From positions 248,001-276,501 of the forward strand of contig QPGO01000112.1 of assembly GCA_008632985.1 (NCBI GenBank): a stretch of DNA of 28,501 nucleotides, read 5' to 3'. This document shows positions 12,908-24,300 of this stretch, piece after piece (the first letter of the stretch is position 1; each line of letters opens with the position of its first letter). Source of the DNA: Psammoneis japonica (lineage: Eukaryota). The translations under genes and the position numbers were made by a program. The notes beneath the pieces were generated by a model. It was not told the DNA's origin. It ran no database searches and saw only the letters and a program-made list of their open reading frames with translations.

Positions 12908-15896
12908 ATGAATCAAATGTTACGCTTTTCCTTAGAGTATTACTGATTGGAGTCGTTATTCGTCAAGCAGAAGCAACATGCAAAGCCAATCGCGCAGGAA
13001 AAGGAAAATACAAGCACAATTGCATCTTTCCTTTCACTTATCGAGACGTCACCTACACCAGTTGCACAACTGCTCGAAATGGAGGAATTCCTTGGTGCCG
13101 TATTGATGCAAATCGTGCTGATTGGGGCGAATGCGAGGACTCACCCGAGTGTTCTGGCGATACACCGACTCCTCCTCATACAACACAAGATCCGACGCAG
13201 AGCGACCCAGCACTACCAGAAACGGACGAAACTACAGCTGCTCCAGTTCCTAATACGCAATCGCCAACTCCAGAACCCTCGGTCGGTACTCCAGGTGAGA
13301 GCAATTAGGTGAATTATGCGGTATTTAAGCTTTATTGATCGTTTCTCACCAATACACATCTGTTTTTTTTTTTCCGCTACGAAATCAGCTCCAGTTACTC
13401 CGCCGCCTTCACCTACGCCAGGTAAGGAAAAATACCTTATTGTTTCTGTTGTTATTGCTGCTGATGCTAGATGCTAGATTTTCAAGTCGTACATTCTCAA
13501 TGTTGCTTCTTCTCTAACAATTATTCTTGTGCATGAAATCCACAGCAACCGAGCCGCCTACTACTCCTATCCCTACCAATCCAACGTGTTTCGCAGATGA
13601 ACGCGGAAATGGTGTCTTCAACAAAGTTTGTCTGTTTCCATTTCGTTACCAAGGAGTGACTTACAACAAATGTGTAACAGCGGGTCAAAGGGTTCCGTGG
13701 TGTGCCGTTTCAAATGATGGGGCGTGGGGCAATTGCCAAACCTCCGATGCGTGCCCTATTGAGATCACAGCCTCGCCCACTGCTGGTCCTTTGGATCAAT
13801 CGCCTTCTACAGCTGCGCCGCAAACACCGTCGCCCACTTCTTCCTCCACACTTAAGTCGACTGGTCCACCTACGACGTCGCCACAGCCAACAGCTATACC
13901 GACCGAGAATCCCACTCGACGACCCACTAGAAATCCAACTCGACGACCCACTAGAAATCCGACGCGAAATCCGACCCGCCGACCATCCCAAGCTCCATCC
14001 ATGGCACCTTCCGAGATGCCAATCTCGTTTCAACCCTCGACTACACCAACAGAGCCCAGCACAGCAACGCCAACAATATCAATGTCAATCCCGCAGCCTA
14101 CTGTGGCTCCGACTCTGCAACCCACTCGGCCGCCGTTTACTTCTACCTTGCCACCGGCTACGAACGGACTCACCTCTGTAGTGCTTTCGCCAATGGTGCT
14201 CAAGTTGGTTGTAGAACCAGCAAAGAGTAGAGGTCAGCGTTTTTTATCCGAGCGGGAAGATGAACTGGTGGAATTCGTCAAGATTTATCTACTCGATACA
14301 TTCTCTATGCGACTGCCTTCAAACAAACAAGCGTCAGAGATGCAGTTGGTTGTCATTGACGATTCGCTGCGAAACAACGATACCCTTTGGGAAACAAGAA
14401 TGCTCGGAAGTGTATATTTCGGTGCAGCCGTGACAAACCCACCGTCACAACGAGAATTGAACGGCTTGACAGAGGAGGCACTGGAGAGCGAGGAATTTTT
14501 GAGTCTCCTAGCAACAGCCAACGATCCAGTCTTGTCGAGTTCCAAGCAAGTGTCACTCGATTTCACAGATATCGACGGTAATGTACAGCAAGATCCAAGC
14601 GATACCGGTGGCGGAAGTAACAATACCGTGATTGCCGTTGTAGCATCCGTCTGTGCCGTGGTGGTTTGCTTGTTGATTTTGGGCTTTGTCTTTGTGTTGT
14701 ATCCCCGCATGAAACGACGACAACAACTACGAAAGCGAGCCAAGGCCAGTACTCCGCTGACCGCAGCTGCCGACGGATTCTTTGAACTTCCATGTGATTT
14801 GGACATGTCGTATCAGAACGGTGTCAGCGGCAGTGAAGTCGAATCCACGTATACCTATGGAAAGGAAGATGAGTCAGTGTCTATTGCTGCTTCCAATTAT
14901 GCAGCATCCATGGTGGGTCCTCCTAGCTTGGCAGGGTCCTTTATGATTCCAGAGAGTGACTCAGAGGTGGACGAAACACCAAATAAACAAAAGGATTTTG
15001 TTGCCTTTGATTTTGATAACAATGGAGCAATCAAGACCACAACGCAGAATGACGATACGGATGAGTCTGATTGCGAGCCATCGCCGTTTGTAGGTCGGAA
15101 GCTATATGATGCTAACAATGCGACCCAAGAAAAAGACGCTCCTCATGACGATCTCGACGCAAGCAAAGGTAATGGATTGTTCAACAAGGTAGAGGAGAAC
15201 TCGTCGTTGTCGCGATCCATTCAAGAAAGTCCCATAATGCAGCCGTCAGACGCCGACGTTACCCCGAGAACAAAGCAGCGTCTCGCCGAAGACACACGCC
15301 ATTGGAAAGAAAAGTGCGGTATCGACGACACTCCCATTCGCACCGATGATTTGTATTCACCAAGCAAGTTGAATATGTCTGACGATGACGATGATGATCT
15401 GCCTTCAAGCACGTTGGACCCTAGTGGTGATCCTCATTCGCCAAGTGAGACTAACGCTTACGGAGATCTTCGTTCCCCGAAGTTGAATACATCGGGTGAC
15501 CATCTTTCCCCGAAGACGCACGTTTCCGGAGAAACTCATTCGCCACTTGAAATGAATACATCGGGCGATCATCTTTCCCCGAAGACGAACGTTTCCGGAG
15601 AAATTCATTCGCCACGTGAGATGAATACAACGGGTGACCATCTTTCCCCGAAGACGAACGTTTCCGGAGAAACTCATTCGCCTAGTGAGATGAATACATC
15701 TGGTGACCATCTTTCCCCGAAGACGAACGTTCCCGGAGAAACTCATTCACCACGTGAGATGAATACATCTGGTGATAATTGTTCTCCAACTAAGTTGAAC
15801 GCTTCTGGTGATCATATTTTGCCCAATCAGGTGAATCCACCGGGTGATCATGTTCCGCCAAGTGAGATGGACGCTACTTGTGATGAGATTGTATGA
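12908..15896 (+). CDS. Single-pass mucin-like surface protein 3 (paralog): signal peptide, two FN2 domains, PT stalk, SEA-like domain, TM, long acidic Ser-rich cytoplasmic tail with tandem repeats; 2 introns
   Basis: Exon 1 12908-13294 is in a frame missing from the ORF track: LRVLLIGVVIRQAEA-TCKANRAGKGKYKHNCIFPFTYRDVTYTSCTTARNGGIPWCRIDANRADWGEC. It needs +1 nt in the T run at ~12926-12929 to reach ATG 12908. Intron 13295-13388, 33-nt exon 13389-13421, intron 13422-13545 (GTAAGG..CTAAC..CACAG). Exon 3 is in frame with ORF 13527-15896, carrying the second FN2 (CLFPFRYQGVTYNKCVTAGQRVPWC..WGNC) and TM VIAVVASVCAVVVCLLILGFVFVLY. Confidence 0.85.
15483..15790 (+). repeat. Coding tandem repeat, 69 bp (23 aa, MNTSGDHLSPKTNVSGETHSPxE) x4 plus degenerate flanking copies
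   Basis: (A/T)TGAATACA at 15483, 15552, 15621, 15690 and 15759, exactly 69 bp apart. Confidence 0.92.
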
Positions 15897-16572
15897 ACAA
15901 ATAATGAGGCGCTAGACGAGTCGAACGTATCGAAATACTAATCTAAGATCTACTAGCTAGAGAGTATCATGGTTGTCGTGGACTTATCGACTACAAAACT
16001 GGACCCACTTCGTGTTCCTGCAACCAATAGACAGGATTTGGGATATCTCAGAATCATCAACCATCGACGACGAAAGCTCTTTCACGCATTCAGATGCGAC
16101 TCGAGAATGAGGAAGCCACGCCCACGAAACAATTCAAGATCCAACATCTCCCAGCTTTATCATTTAAAGCCTTAGTAGTCTATGCAGCTCATGCATTTCA
16201 AACGACCTCCTTGAGAGGTGACGTTGAGGAATATAGCTACATAGAGGGCCCTACGACTTCAAGCAACAGATTGAGGAGGTACATGCAGCCCGCTGGGTAC
16301 TGTAGATTTCGAGACAATGCAAGGCCTTGGCGACGAAATCCACGATAACCAAGAGCAAGGAAATGTGTTTGTTTCTGCTACTTTAAGGCCGCTTCTCTCC
16401 CCACGACGAGGAACCGGCTGTAAGCACTTAAGAAACGCTACTAGAGTTGCCCTAGACTCTAGTTCCACAAATAATTCGTAGAAGCCTTGAGGGAAGAGAA
16501 GAAGACTGGCGTATAGCCAAGCACAAGGCTCATTCCCATCGCAAGGGCTCAACCGTGCCACTTGATCAAAAG

Positions 16573-16950
16573 ACTCTGATGACATTGAAAGAACTCCATG
16601 ATGTAGGTATCAAGTCGCCTCCAAAAAAACAGGTGGCATGCTTAACAACACGATGTCGAGGCTCAGCGGCCAGGGGCTTATTGTGTACCCTGACAGCGCA
16701 ACAGTGAGTCTTACTCTAGCCGGCATCGACAAGGCTGGAGGTGATGATCCCGAACAATTGACCGAAGAATATCAGGTATAAATCAGAAAGTCGCTTCAAG
16801 CCTGGAGATCAAGCTTTCGATACTCTTCTTGATGGACGCCTGTACACTCGAAATGAGGTGGTGGCTCAAGTCCAGTTTGGCTGGAAAAGCAAATTTGAGC
16901 CATCCAGTCCCCAGGTTGTCGATCGCAGGCCTCTAAGCTACGCTAATTGA
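16573..16950 (+). pseudogene. Possible decayed gene for a winged-helix-like repeat protein
   Basis: Protein-like fragments across frames: TLMTLKELHDVGIKSPPKKQVA / MSRLSGQGLIVYPDSATVSLTLAG / AFDTLLDGRLYTRNEVVA. These resemble a helix+wing pattern (L...GLI.Y....V.LT..G) that I recall from diatom hypothetical proteins. Interrupted by frameshifts and a stop. Confidence 0.3.
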
Positions 16951-17282
16951 TCATGGTGAGAACTAGGAGAAGTCACTCAAACTATCACCAATCTCGCTTT
17001 CCCGCACGGAGATCGTGTTGTCTAGAAGGAGGTTACACCTCGTTTCCTGTTCGCGGTAAGCGGCCATGGATACTAGAAGTGAGAAGCTTAACAATAGTAA
17101 CAGAAACATACGATGTTTGCTTTACTCACGTCTTAAATGCATTTTTCTTTCTTTTGAGTCCTTATTTATGACTGCGTTCTGTAGCTTCGACGTTAATATC
17201 ATTCTCCTTCGCAAATTCTTTTGATATATTATATCATATTGAGCGATGGGTTTCAAACATCCGCCATGATAATAACTACTGG

Positions 17283-18418
17283 TTACTGGTTGGGACACTC
17301 TTGAGGAACGGATTTCCATCCCCTCGATGTCAAGATTTGTTCCACGCCACTGACATGTGCTAGTCCCATGACTGCGACCATACTACCTAATTGATCGAGA
17401 TTATCAATCCCGTTGGCCATGTATAAATCCCGTTCTGCAACAATAGCGGTATAAAGCTGAGGCGCCAGTTCTTTGAATTCCCGCATTTGCAATTCGATAC
17501 TCTCCTTTGCCTTGCTGGTCTCCACGTATCGAGAAAAGTCTTGTCGAAAGGCGTCATCCTTCAAATCCTCTCGAGTAGGGCTCAACATGGAAGCGTCGTC
17601 TGGCTGCAGTTGAGCCATTCGCTCTTGCCACTCCGAAAAGAAGTTTGGATCCGTCTCGGACAATGCTTCGGTGACTCGCGACAAGGTCATCTTAACGTCA
17701 CGATCGCCAAAGACAATCTTGGAACCAATCTTCTTGGCTTGTTGAATAGCAATAGAAAACTCTTGTGACGACTGAAATCCTGCCTGTTCCATCTTGTCGT
17801 ACATGCCCTTTATATCTTTTTCGACGGATGCGGTTGTTTCCGTCTTGCTCGTTTGGGTATGCGTAGGTTTGGTCTTTGTATTGTCTTGAGGCTGTACAGA
17901 ATCATAGGAAGCTGGCGGTAGGACTGCCAAGAGTCGCCCATCATATCCTGGTACAGTTCCGTCCTTGTTGATGTTGTACATGCCTCGTACCACATTTCTT
18001 ACATTCAACTCCACAAATACAGCGTCCGTGAGAGTTTCTGCTACCAAATCTCCTGCCAAAGCTGCTGAAGCTGGAGAAAGATGATCTGTGCCCAGCAAAA
18101 TCACAGTTCGAGCGTTCTTATGCCATACTGATACACAAGGTCACAAAGTAGAGCTTTTGCTCTTGTAGTGGGCGAAGCTATCGTTGCTGCCCAAGAAGTA
18201 TCTTCTTTTGCAGTCAAAGCAGAAGCTGCCACTACAGAAGCCGCTACCGTAGAGATCCATTCTCGTCGTGTTGAAGTCAAACAAAGGACTGCAGTACAAG
18301 TCCTGGCTCTTCTTGATGGAGTAGAGTCAATTGCTACCCACGCGGATACCGGAATAATCAGGCTTGGAAACACAAACGTCAGCCACAACAACACCCGATG
18401 AAATCCAGCATTTGACAT
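17283..18418 (-). CDS. TraB/PrgY (TraB/Tiki superfamily) domain protein with plastid-targeting presequence and twin-arginine signal; one frameshift at ~18139
   Basis: Motifs ILLGTDHLS, AVFVELN, EFxxAI, FGDRDVxxTLxR, IVAERDLYMA, VAVMGLAHVxGV. ORFs 18101-18418 and 17283-18104 join with +1 nt at GG 18139-18140, giving LCDPCVSVWHKNARTVILLGTDH. N-terminus has a signal peptide ending VSA|W, a transit-like region, then TRREWISTVAASVVAASAL..SWA. Confidence 0.85.
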
Positions 18419-18914
18419 CGCTTCAACGTCCCAGAACCCATTTATCTATCCAAGGGACAAAACTAGAGATGTTTACGGATGCTGTGGGAGCTATTCTGCC
18501 TCCATATGCACATCAACTGAACCAGCGGCCTGCTATCATCGGCCATGGGCCTTGGGCCACATGCATCAAATAATTGATGTGGGTGGGCTTTCGATTGAAA
18601 CGTGTAGATTTCAGTATACTTCTACGTGAAAGAGCTCGTGGATGAAGTGTCAGACAGATGTCACCACGCCTGACAAAAACTCGTGTTATTTACACGGGGG
18701 AAAATGGGCCGTTGTCACGATTGTCACGATCCGGGGTACTAAAAACAATAAATTCGAGCTCGTGTAATCGCATTTGGCAGTGCTCAGGCAGTGCACTCCT
18801 GAATAAATGCTGATATACTGTCACGAATATAGGCAGTTTAAGTGCTGTTGGCGATTGGTCCACTGTCGCTTATTTAGTGGCCCCAGTGGCGTAACATCTC
18901 ACAATTCTAGAACC

Positions 18915-19325
18915 TGTTGATGCTGTTCAACACTCTGTCTTGTCTCACACCCAATTCTCAGCTGTCATGGCAGTGTTTGTTCACTTTGTCAGAGCCAATG
19001 TGCTGTGATGTTCAACGCCTGGAACCGGCATCACGAACGGCACGACGGTGTCGTTGCGATCGATCGATTTTTGCAGCAAGCGCCATGTTGGTCCCATGGT
19101 TGCTTGCGTGATCGCTGAGTCCTTCACACATGTCAATGTTCATGGACATGAACGACATGCTCTTGGAGAAAGAGCTGTGATCCGTCAGACATGACATCAG
19201 TGAACGGAGTGTTTGATCACGTGGATGGAATGTGTTGGCCAAGGCATGTGAACATTCGTGACAAAGACAACACAATGATTTGTGCATTGAGGTCTGTTGT
19301 TTGATCACACACATTTCATTAATCA
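18915..19325 (+). repeat. Putative 5' LTR of the outer element
   Basis: Starts TGTTGATG at about the point where TpA depletion begins and ends CATTAATCA (imperfect inverted termini, TG..CA). The partner LTR is outside the window, so the ends are unverified. Confidence 0.4.
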
Positions 19326-19544
19326 AGGTGAGTTGTCAAACTGTTTGGACACTGTGCATGTGGACACATGTCTGTGCCAATCATTGCTTGGGAGTGATGC
19401 CGCCTGCTCGCGGGTTCGCCAAGTAGAAACCGCCAAATCGGCACGAGAACCACACATTTTTCTCACTTTTCTCCGCTCACACAAGTGGATGCTCACGCGT
19501 CAAAACACAAATGAGCCCGTCAAGGCTTTGCCACTGTCAAGGAC

Positions 19545-20864
19545 TTGGAACAGGTCCCTTTGACAGAAATTGCTGACATGACTGAGGGCATTGTGAAGAG
19601 CTTGGACACCGCCGCTGACCCCCAAGTCCGCTTCCCATGCCTGGTGAATCGCAAGCTCAAGGCACTGCGCGCATGGATTGACTGCCGCAGGGCCCAAAAT
19701 CAAGAGCCGACTGCTGCTCTCTTTGCTGGCGACGTTGTTGGAACATGGACAGCATGTCTCACGGAACTAGAGCAATTCAAGTCTGCAGACTCAGACGACG
19801 AATCGGCTGCCAAAATGGCCGTGGAGCTCAAGAACCTGCATGACTGGCCCACCTTCCAAGAGTTGCTGGAGACCGAACTGCGTCACCACTGCAGTGCCGT
19901 CACCGGCATGCCCCTTGTCTGCCTGATCATGGAGCATGAAGAAAACACCGCTGAAATGTTGGCTGCTGCCTGCACTGCCATTGACGAGGACCTTGTTGCT
20001 GCCACCCGACTTGCAGGAGCTCAGCATGCGCAGGACAGGCAATGCCTGTGTGATCTCTTGAAGAAGTTGGTGACAGGGGGGCCCGGATGGGCTTTTGTCA
20101 AACCTTCCAATCGCAATCGCGATGGTTGTGCTGCTTTCTTTGCACTCAAGAGGCAGGCGGAAGGATCGGCTGCTGCCACTGCCCGAAAGAACTGTGCTTG
20201 CGCACAGATTGCTGCTGCGAAGTACACCGGACGGGGTCGATTCACTTTCGACCAGTGCATTCAGCGCCATCAAAAGGCTCACAACGACTTGTCTGAGCTT
20301 GATGAACCGGTGGCTGAGACCAAGAAGGTCTCTGACTTTCTCAAGGGTGTCTCTGACCCTGGGTTGGAAACTGGCAAGAGTGCAGTGGATGGAGACCCGA
20401 TGAAGCTAGTGGATTTCGAAGCATGCCAGCAGCATGTGAAGACTCTGGCAGAGAATGCTGAGAACCGCAACGCTGACACTCGTGGAATCGCATCCATCCA
20501 ACGCCGCAACAACCAGTGTGGAAACCCTGGCGGAAAGCACCAACCTAAAGAGGACAAGCCCAGGATCCGGGCAGGCCATTGTCCTGTTGAAGAGTGGAGT
20601 GCTCTTGACGGTCCTGAGCGAGAGCAAGTCCAAAAGCTCCGCGATGCCAAGAAAGCCGAAAAGAAACGCAAAGCTGCAGCTGCGTCCTCGGAGGCTGAGT
20701 CGGTTGATGCCAAAACTCGCGCTGTTAAGAAAGTGGCTGTTGCCGAGCCTGATCCACAACCTGCTGATGAACCAAAGGACTCCAAAGAGTCTGACAAACC
20801 TGCCGCCAATGCAGGCACCCAGTTCGGACGTGGCGCACATGAGAAACCTCAGAAGGAGGAATGA
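19545..20864 (+). CDS. gag: Gag of outer copia element (true start further upstream and decayed)
   Basis: CoDi-type Gag features: G.PL.(Y>C)LI, D...L(Y>C)DLLK.LV..GPGWAFVK, RDGxAAFFALKRQAEG, A(Y>C)AQIAAAKY.GR.RFTFDQ(Y>C)I.RHQKAHNDL, KKV.DFLKG, C-terminal AG.QFGR.AH. Only one Tyr in 439 aa. Confidence 0.85.
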   Translation: MEQVPLTEIADMTEGIVKSLDTAADPQVRFPCLVNRKLKALRAWIDCRRAQNQEPTAALFAGDVVGTWTACLTELEQFKSADSDDESAAKMAVELKNLHDWPTFQELLETELRHHCSAVTGMPLVCLIMEHEENTAEMLAAACTAIDEDLVAATRLAGAQHAQDRQCLCDLLKKLVTGGPGWAFVKPSNRNRDGCAAFFALKRQAEGSAAATARKNCACAQIAAAKYTGRGRFTFDQCIQRHQKAHNDLSELDEPVAETKKVSDFLKGVSDPGLETGKSAVDGDPMKLVDFEACQQHVKTLAENAENRNADTRGIASIQRRNNQCGNPGGKHQPKEDKPRIRAGHCPVEEWSALDGPEREQVQKLRDAKKAEKKRKAAAASSEAESVDAKTRAVKKVAVAEPDPQPADEPKDSKESDKPAANAGTQFGRGAHEKPQKEE

Positions 20865-21056
20865 ACAGTTGTGCCAGCACCAAAAGGCACAGAACCGAAT
20901 GTTGCCAAACCTGCTGGCACCACACATTTGTCTGAGTGATTCTCAAAGGACACACATGTCTCTTTGTCATCTGCTGGAAATTCAGATGATGAAGCAACCA
21001 CTGATTTGGACTCACACGCTGACACGTGTGCTGTTGGGTCCAATTTTATAATGTGC
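20865..21056 (+). pseudogene. pol: Outer element pol, N-terminal part (aspartic protease active site), in frame with gag
   Basis: Reads TVVPAPKG..LSE*FSKD..TDLDSHADTCAVGSNFIMC up to the insertion site; internal TGA at 20937-20939. Confidence 0.8.
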
Positions 21057-21332
21057 TGACAGAAAATGAAGGCAAATGGCAAGAATTCAAACAATGACTC
21101 CTTACTGCTGTCTAAATGGCAGATGAGTCTCCGCTCAGAGACCGTCACAGGAGCCGAAAGACGTGTGAGTCGGTATAATCGGGCTACTGTTGTTGTTCTT
21201 GTGAGCCTTGTGGCTCGAAAGCAAACTACATCGCGCGTGAACGCGCGGAACTAAAGCACACAAAACTGTGCACGGTAAACTAAACAGCACGCGATGCTTC
21301 GCACGCACCTAAATCCTGTTCAAATCCTGTCA
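21057..21332 (-). repeat. 3' LTR of inner element (276 bp)
   Basis: Matches 26780-27055 with 10 substitutions and no indels. Confidence 0.97.
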
Positions 21333-24300
21333 CTCCCCAGTTTGCTTGAGGAGCCACAGAAACAGATTCGACTTCGGATGGAATGAAGTTCCAGAACATG
21401 AGGGGGCGGAGAAGGTCCCAGATTTGGGAGCAACCCCAATGCTTGCTGAGAATGTCAGCAGGGTTGCGGGAGCCTTCGATGAAGTGGAACTCAAGGTAAC
21501 CAGAGGCAATTGCCTCACGCACACGGTGGAACGATAGTGCGGTGTGTCGCTTGTGTAACTTGGAGTGCGGGATGGTGGCACTGTCTACAACCGACTTGTT
21601 GTCACCGAACATGTAACTAACGTTACGGATCGGGACGCCAAGGTAGCGCAGGGTGATGCGCAGGTCGATAATCTGCTCAACACAAGTCCTTGCGGCAACA
21701 AATTCAGACCCGTAGGTCGCAGTCTCCACGGTGGCTTGTTTCTTAGAGAACCAATCAGCCGGGAATTTGTTGAGGAAGTGGAGCATTCCCATGACAGAGC
21801 GTCCGGTGAGCATGCAATGGCACAAGTTTGCATCGACGTAGTGGGTGGCAGTGACGAACTTGCCAAGGGGCGGTGGAGCGTCCTTCGGGATCATCTCTTC
21901 TGCTTCACCACACACGGAATGCATCCATTCATAGGCCGGAGCAGGGAGATCCGAATGGTCGGGCTCTTCCGTACGAACGCGGAGAGCACCGTGTCGCATC
22001 TTGGAGAGGCACCCACAGACGCGTTTGGCACGATCCAAGTGGCCTTGACAGGGCGCAGCTCGGAAGCTAGAGAGTGACATGACGGCCGTGGTAATGTCAA
22101 TTCGACCAAGGGACACTGCCCATTGGAGTGAACCAACAAGAGACTGGAACTTGTGAATGCCATCGGGTCCCAGCAGTTCGGAAGTGTCCAGTTCGGGGTG
22201 GTCACCCTTCTCTAGAGGTGACAGGGCGTTGGTGGCAGGTTTCTCCCCAAACAGTCGGGCACAGCTGTCGACCATGCGCTCGATGTACTTGCGCGGAGAC
22301 AGGCACAAGGTTCCATCGGGTTCCCGGGAAAAGTCGCAACCCAGATGGAACTCAATGGGTCCCGCACCCTTGAGCTTGAACTTGTGCTTTTCCGTGAGAG
22401 TGTCGACAAAAGATTGAGGGTCCTTCATGGCAATGGCGAGGTCATCCACATAAACGGCAATGCATTCACAGTGGTCGCCGTTCCTGCGCATCCAAATGTC
22501 AGGTTCGGCGTGGCAGGGGAAGAAGCCTTCAGCTCGCAGGCAGTCGGCGAAGCGCTCGTGCCAGCGGAGACCGGAGCTGCGCAGTCCATACAGTGCCTTG
22601 TGGATGACAAGGATGTGTCCTTCGAGTTTGCCGAACTCGGGTCCAGCTACAATGTAAAGCTTCTCCTTGGTGGTGGCTTCAAGGTGGGCATTGCCAATGT
22701 CGGTGGCCCATGTCTCCAACTCGTTGAGTTCGGCCAGGAAAATCATCAGCCGAAGGCCACGGAGGGAGACCACTCCGGAGTAGACACTGTCGACAGGTAC
22801 GTCCGTGAGGTGCCCGTCGGCTACGAGTCGTGCCTTGTGGCGACCGTCGTGTTTCACATCGTACACTAGGTGCACTCGGATCTTCTTGTGTCCCGCAGGA
22901 GGAGTGGAAGACTTGAAGGGCCCGCAGTCATGGAAGACTTCGTATTCGTTGAGTTGGTCCATCTCGAGATTGGTTGCGTCTCCCCACTTGCGGTTGCCGT
23001 TGCGTTCGTCTAGTGACATGGCGTGTTTGTAGTTCCGGGGAACTTCGCACCCACACTTGCAGCGGGGTGCAGTGCGGAAGGAGCGAAGCTTGGCTTGGTT
23101 GGCCATGCGAAATGGCTTCTTTTGGCGCCTCGCGATGGTGCGGAACCGCTTCCAGCCATCCGTGTCGAGGAGTCCGTTCTCTCGTGCATAGATGGCACAG
23201 GTGACGGGGTCGTCCTTGGCGATGATGGCAAGAGGCTCGGACGTGATCTCCCCACTTTCCCATTCAAGCATGATGTTGTAGCTGGAGCCTTTCCAGGTTG
23301 GGTCGTGAGGCTTCAGAGGTCCTTCGTGTGACACGATGCGTCGAAATTTCCAAACAGTGGTGTCTTCGTCTTCTTGCTCAATGTGATTCATGATGTCATT
23401 GCAGGCAAGGACTTCCTCGTATTCGTCATTGTTGACAGAGCAGACGAACTCAGTGAGCTCGGGATTGCCGTTCACTTTCCATTCGTGGTCTTCGACGGCC
23501 TTGACGATGCGAGCTCTGTGGCGTTGTCCGTCCTCTTGTGGCTGCATGAGGAAGGTGCGTCCAATGATGTCTTGCGGATCGAAAACTGGCATCTTGGGTG
23601 TCCTGATCTCCCCATCAGGAGAGTCGACGGGGTTGTCGTCATGGCGAGATTTGATGATGGGTTCAGGTGGCTCCCCATCAGGAGGATCAAGACGCAGGTT
23701 TCGAGCGGCAGGATCGGGGGTAGCGGAGCGGACGTTGGACCAGCAGAGGATCTTCTGAGTCTCGTCAGATAGAATCTTGAAGGTCATCTGGTGGCCGACG
23801 TGCTCAGCAATGCCAACGAAGCGTCCACGCAACTCACGGGATTCAGACGGCCAATCGGAGTCATCGAGGTGGAAGCACACGGGTTCCCACCAGTGAAAGC
23901 GAAGCAATGGGCTGATGTCCGGGGTGGAGCCAGTGAGAGTCTCGAGGGGCGTGCGCCAGTGGAGACGTGGGGACGCTGCATGGTTGAGCATGAAGCACAC
24001 ACACATGAGCGCCAGCAGCCATGTGTGGGCGGGCGAACCAAAACGATCCATGACAGTGTTCGCCATGCGCTTCACGGTCTGGTGTCGACGCTCGGCAAAG
24101 TTTTGGTGTTGCTGGTGAGGCTCACTTTGCCAGCTAGAGATGAAGAGGGCGCGCAGGATCCCGAGCACTTTGTTGCTGATCTCAACTTGAGCACGGTCGC
24201 TAATGAGTTTGGATGGGGCACCACGTGCACGGATCTGATCCTCGAGTGTGTTGACAAACTCTTTGTCCGTCTTGGTGCCGCAGACGTCAGTGACGGTAGA

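Noticed and set aside
12659..13312. ORFs 12659-12946 and 12947-13312 as separate genes
   Set aside because: The FN2-coding exon lies in a different frame; these ORFs are promoter read-through and shadow frames.
19326..19400. PBS of the outer element
   Set aside because: No convincing tRNA complement found. AGGTGAGT looks more like a splice donor, and the LTR end is uncertain.
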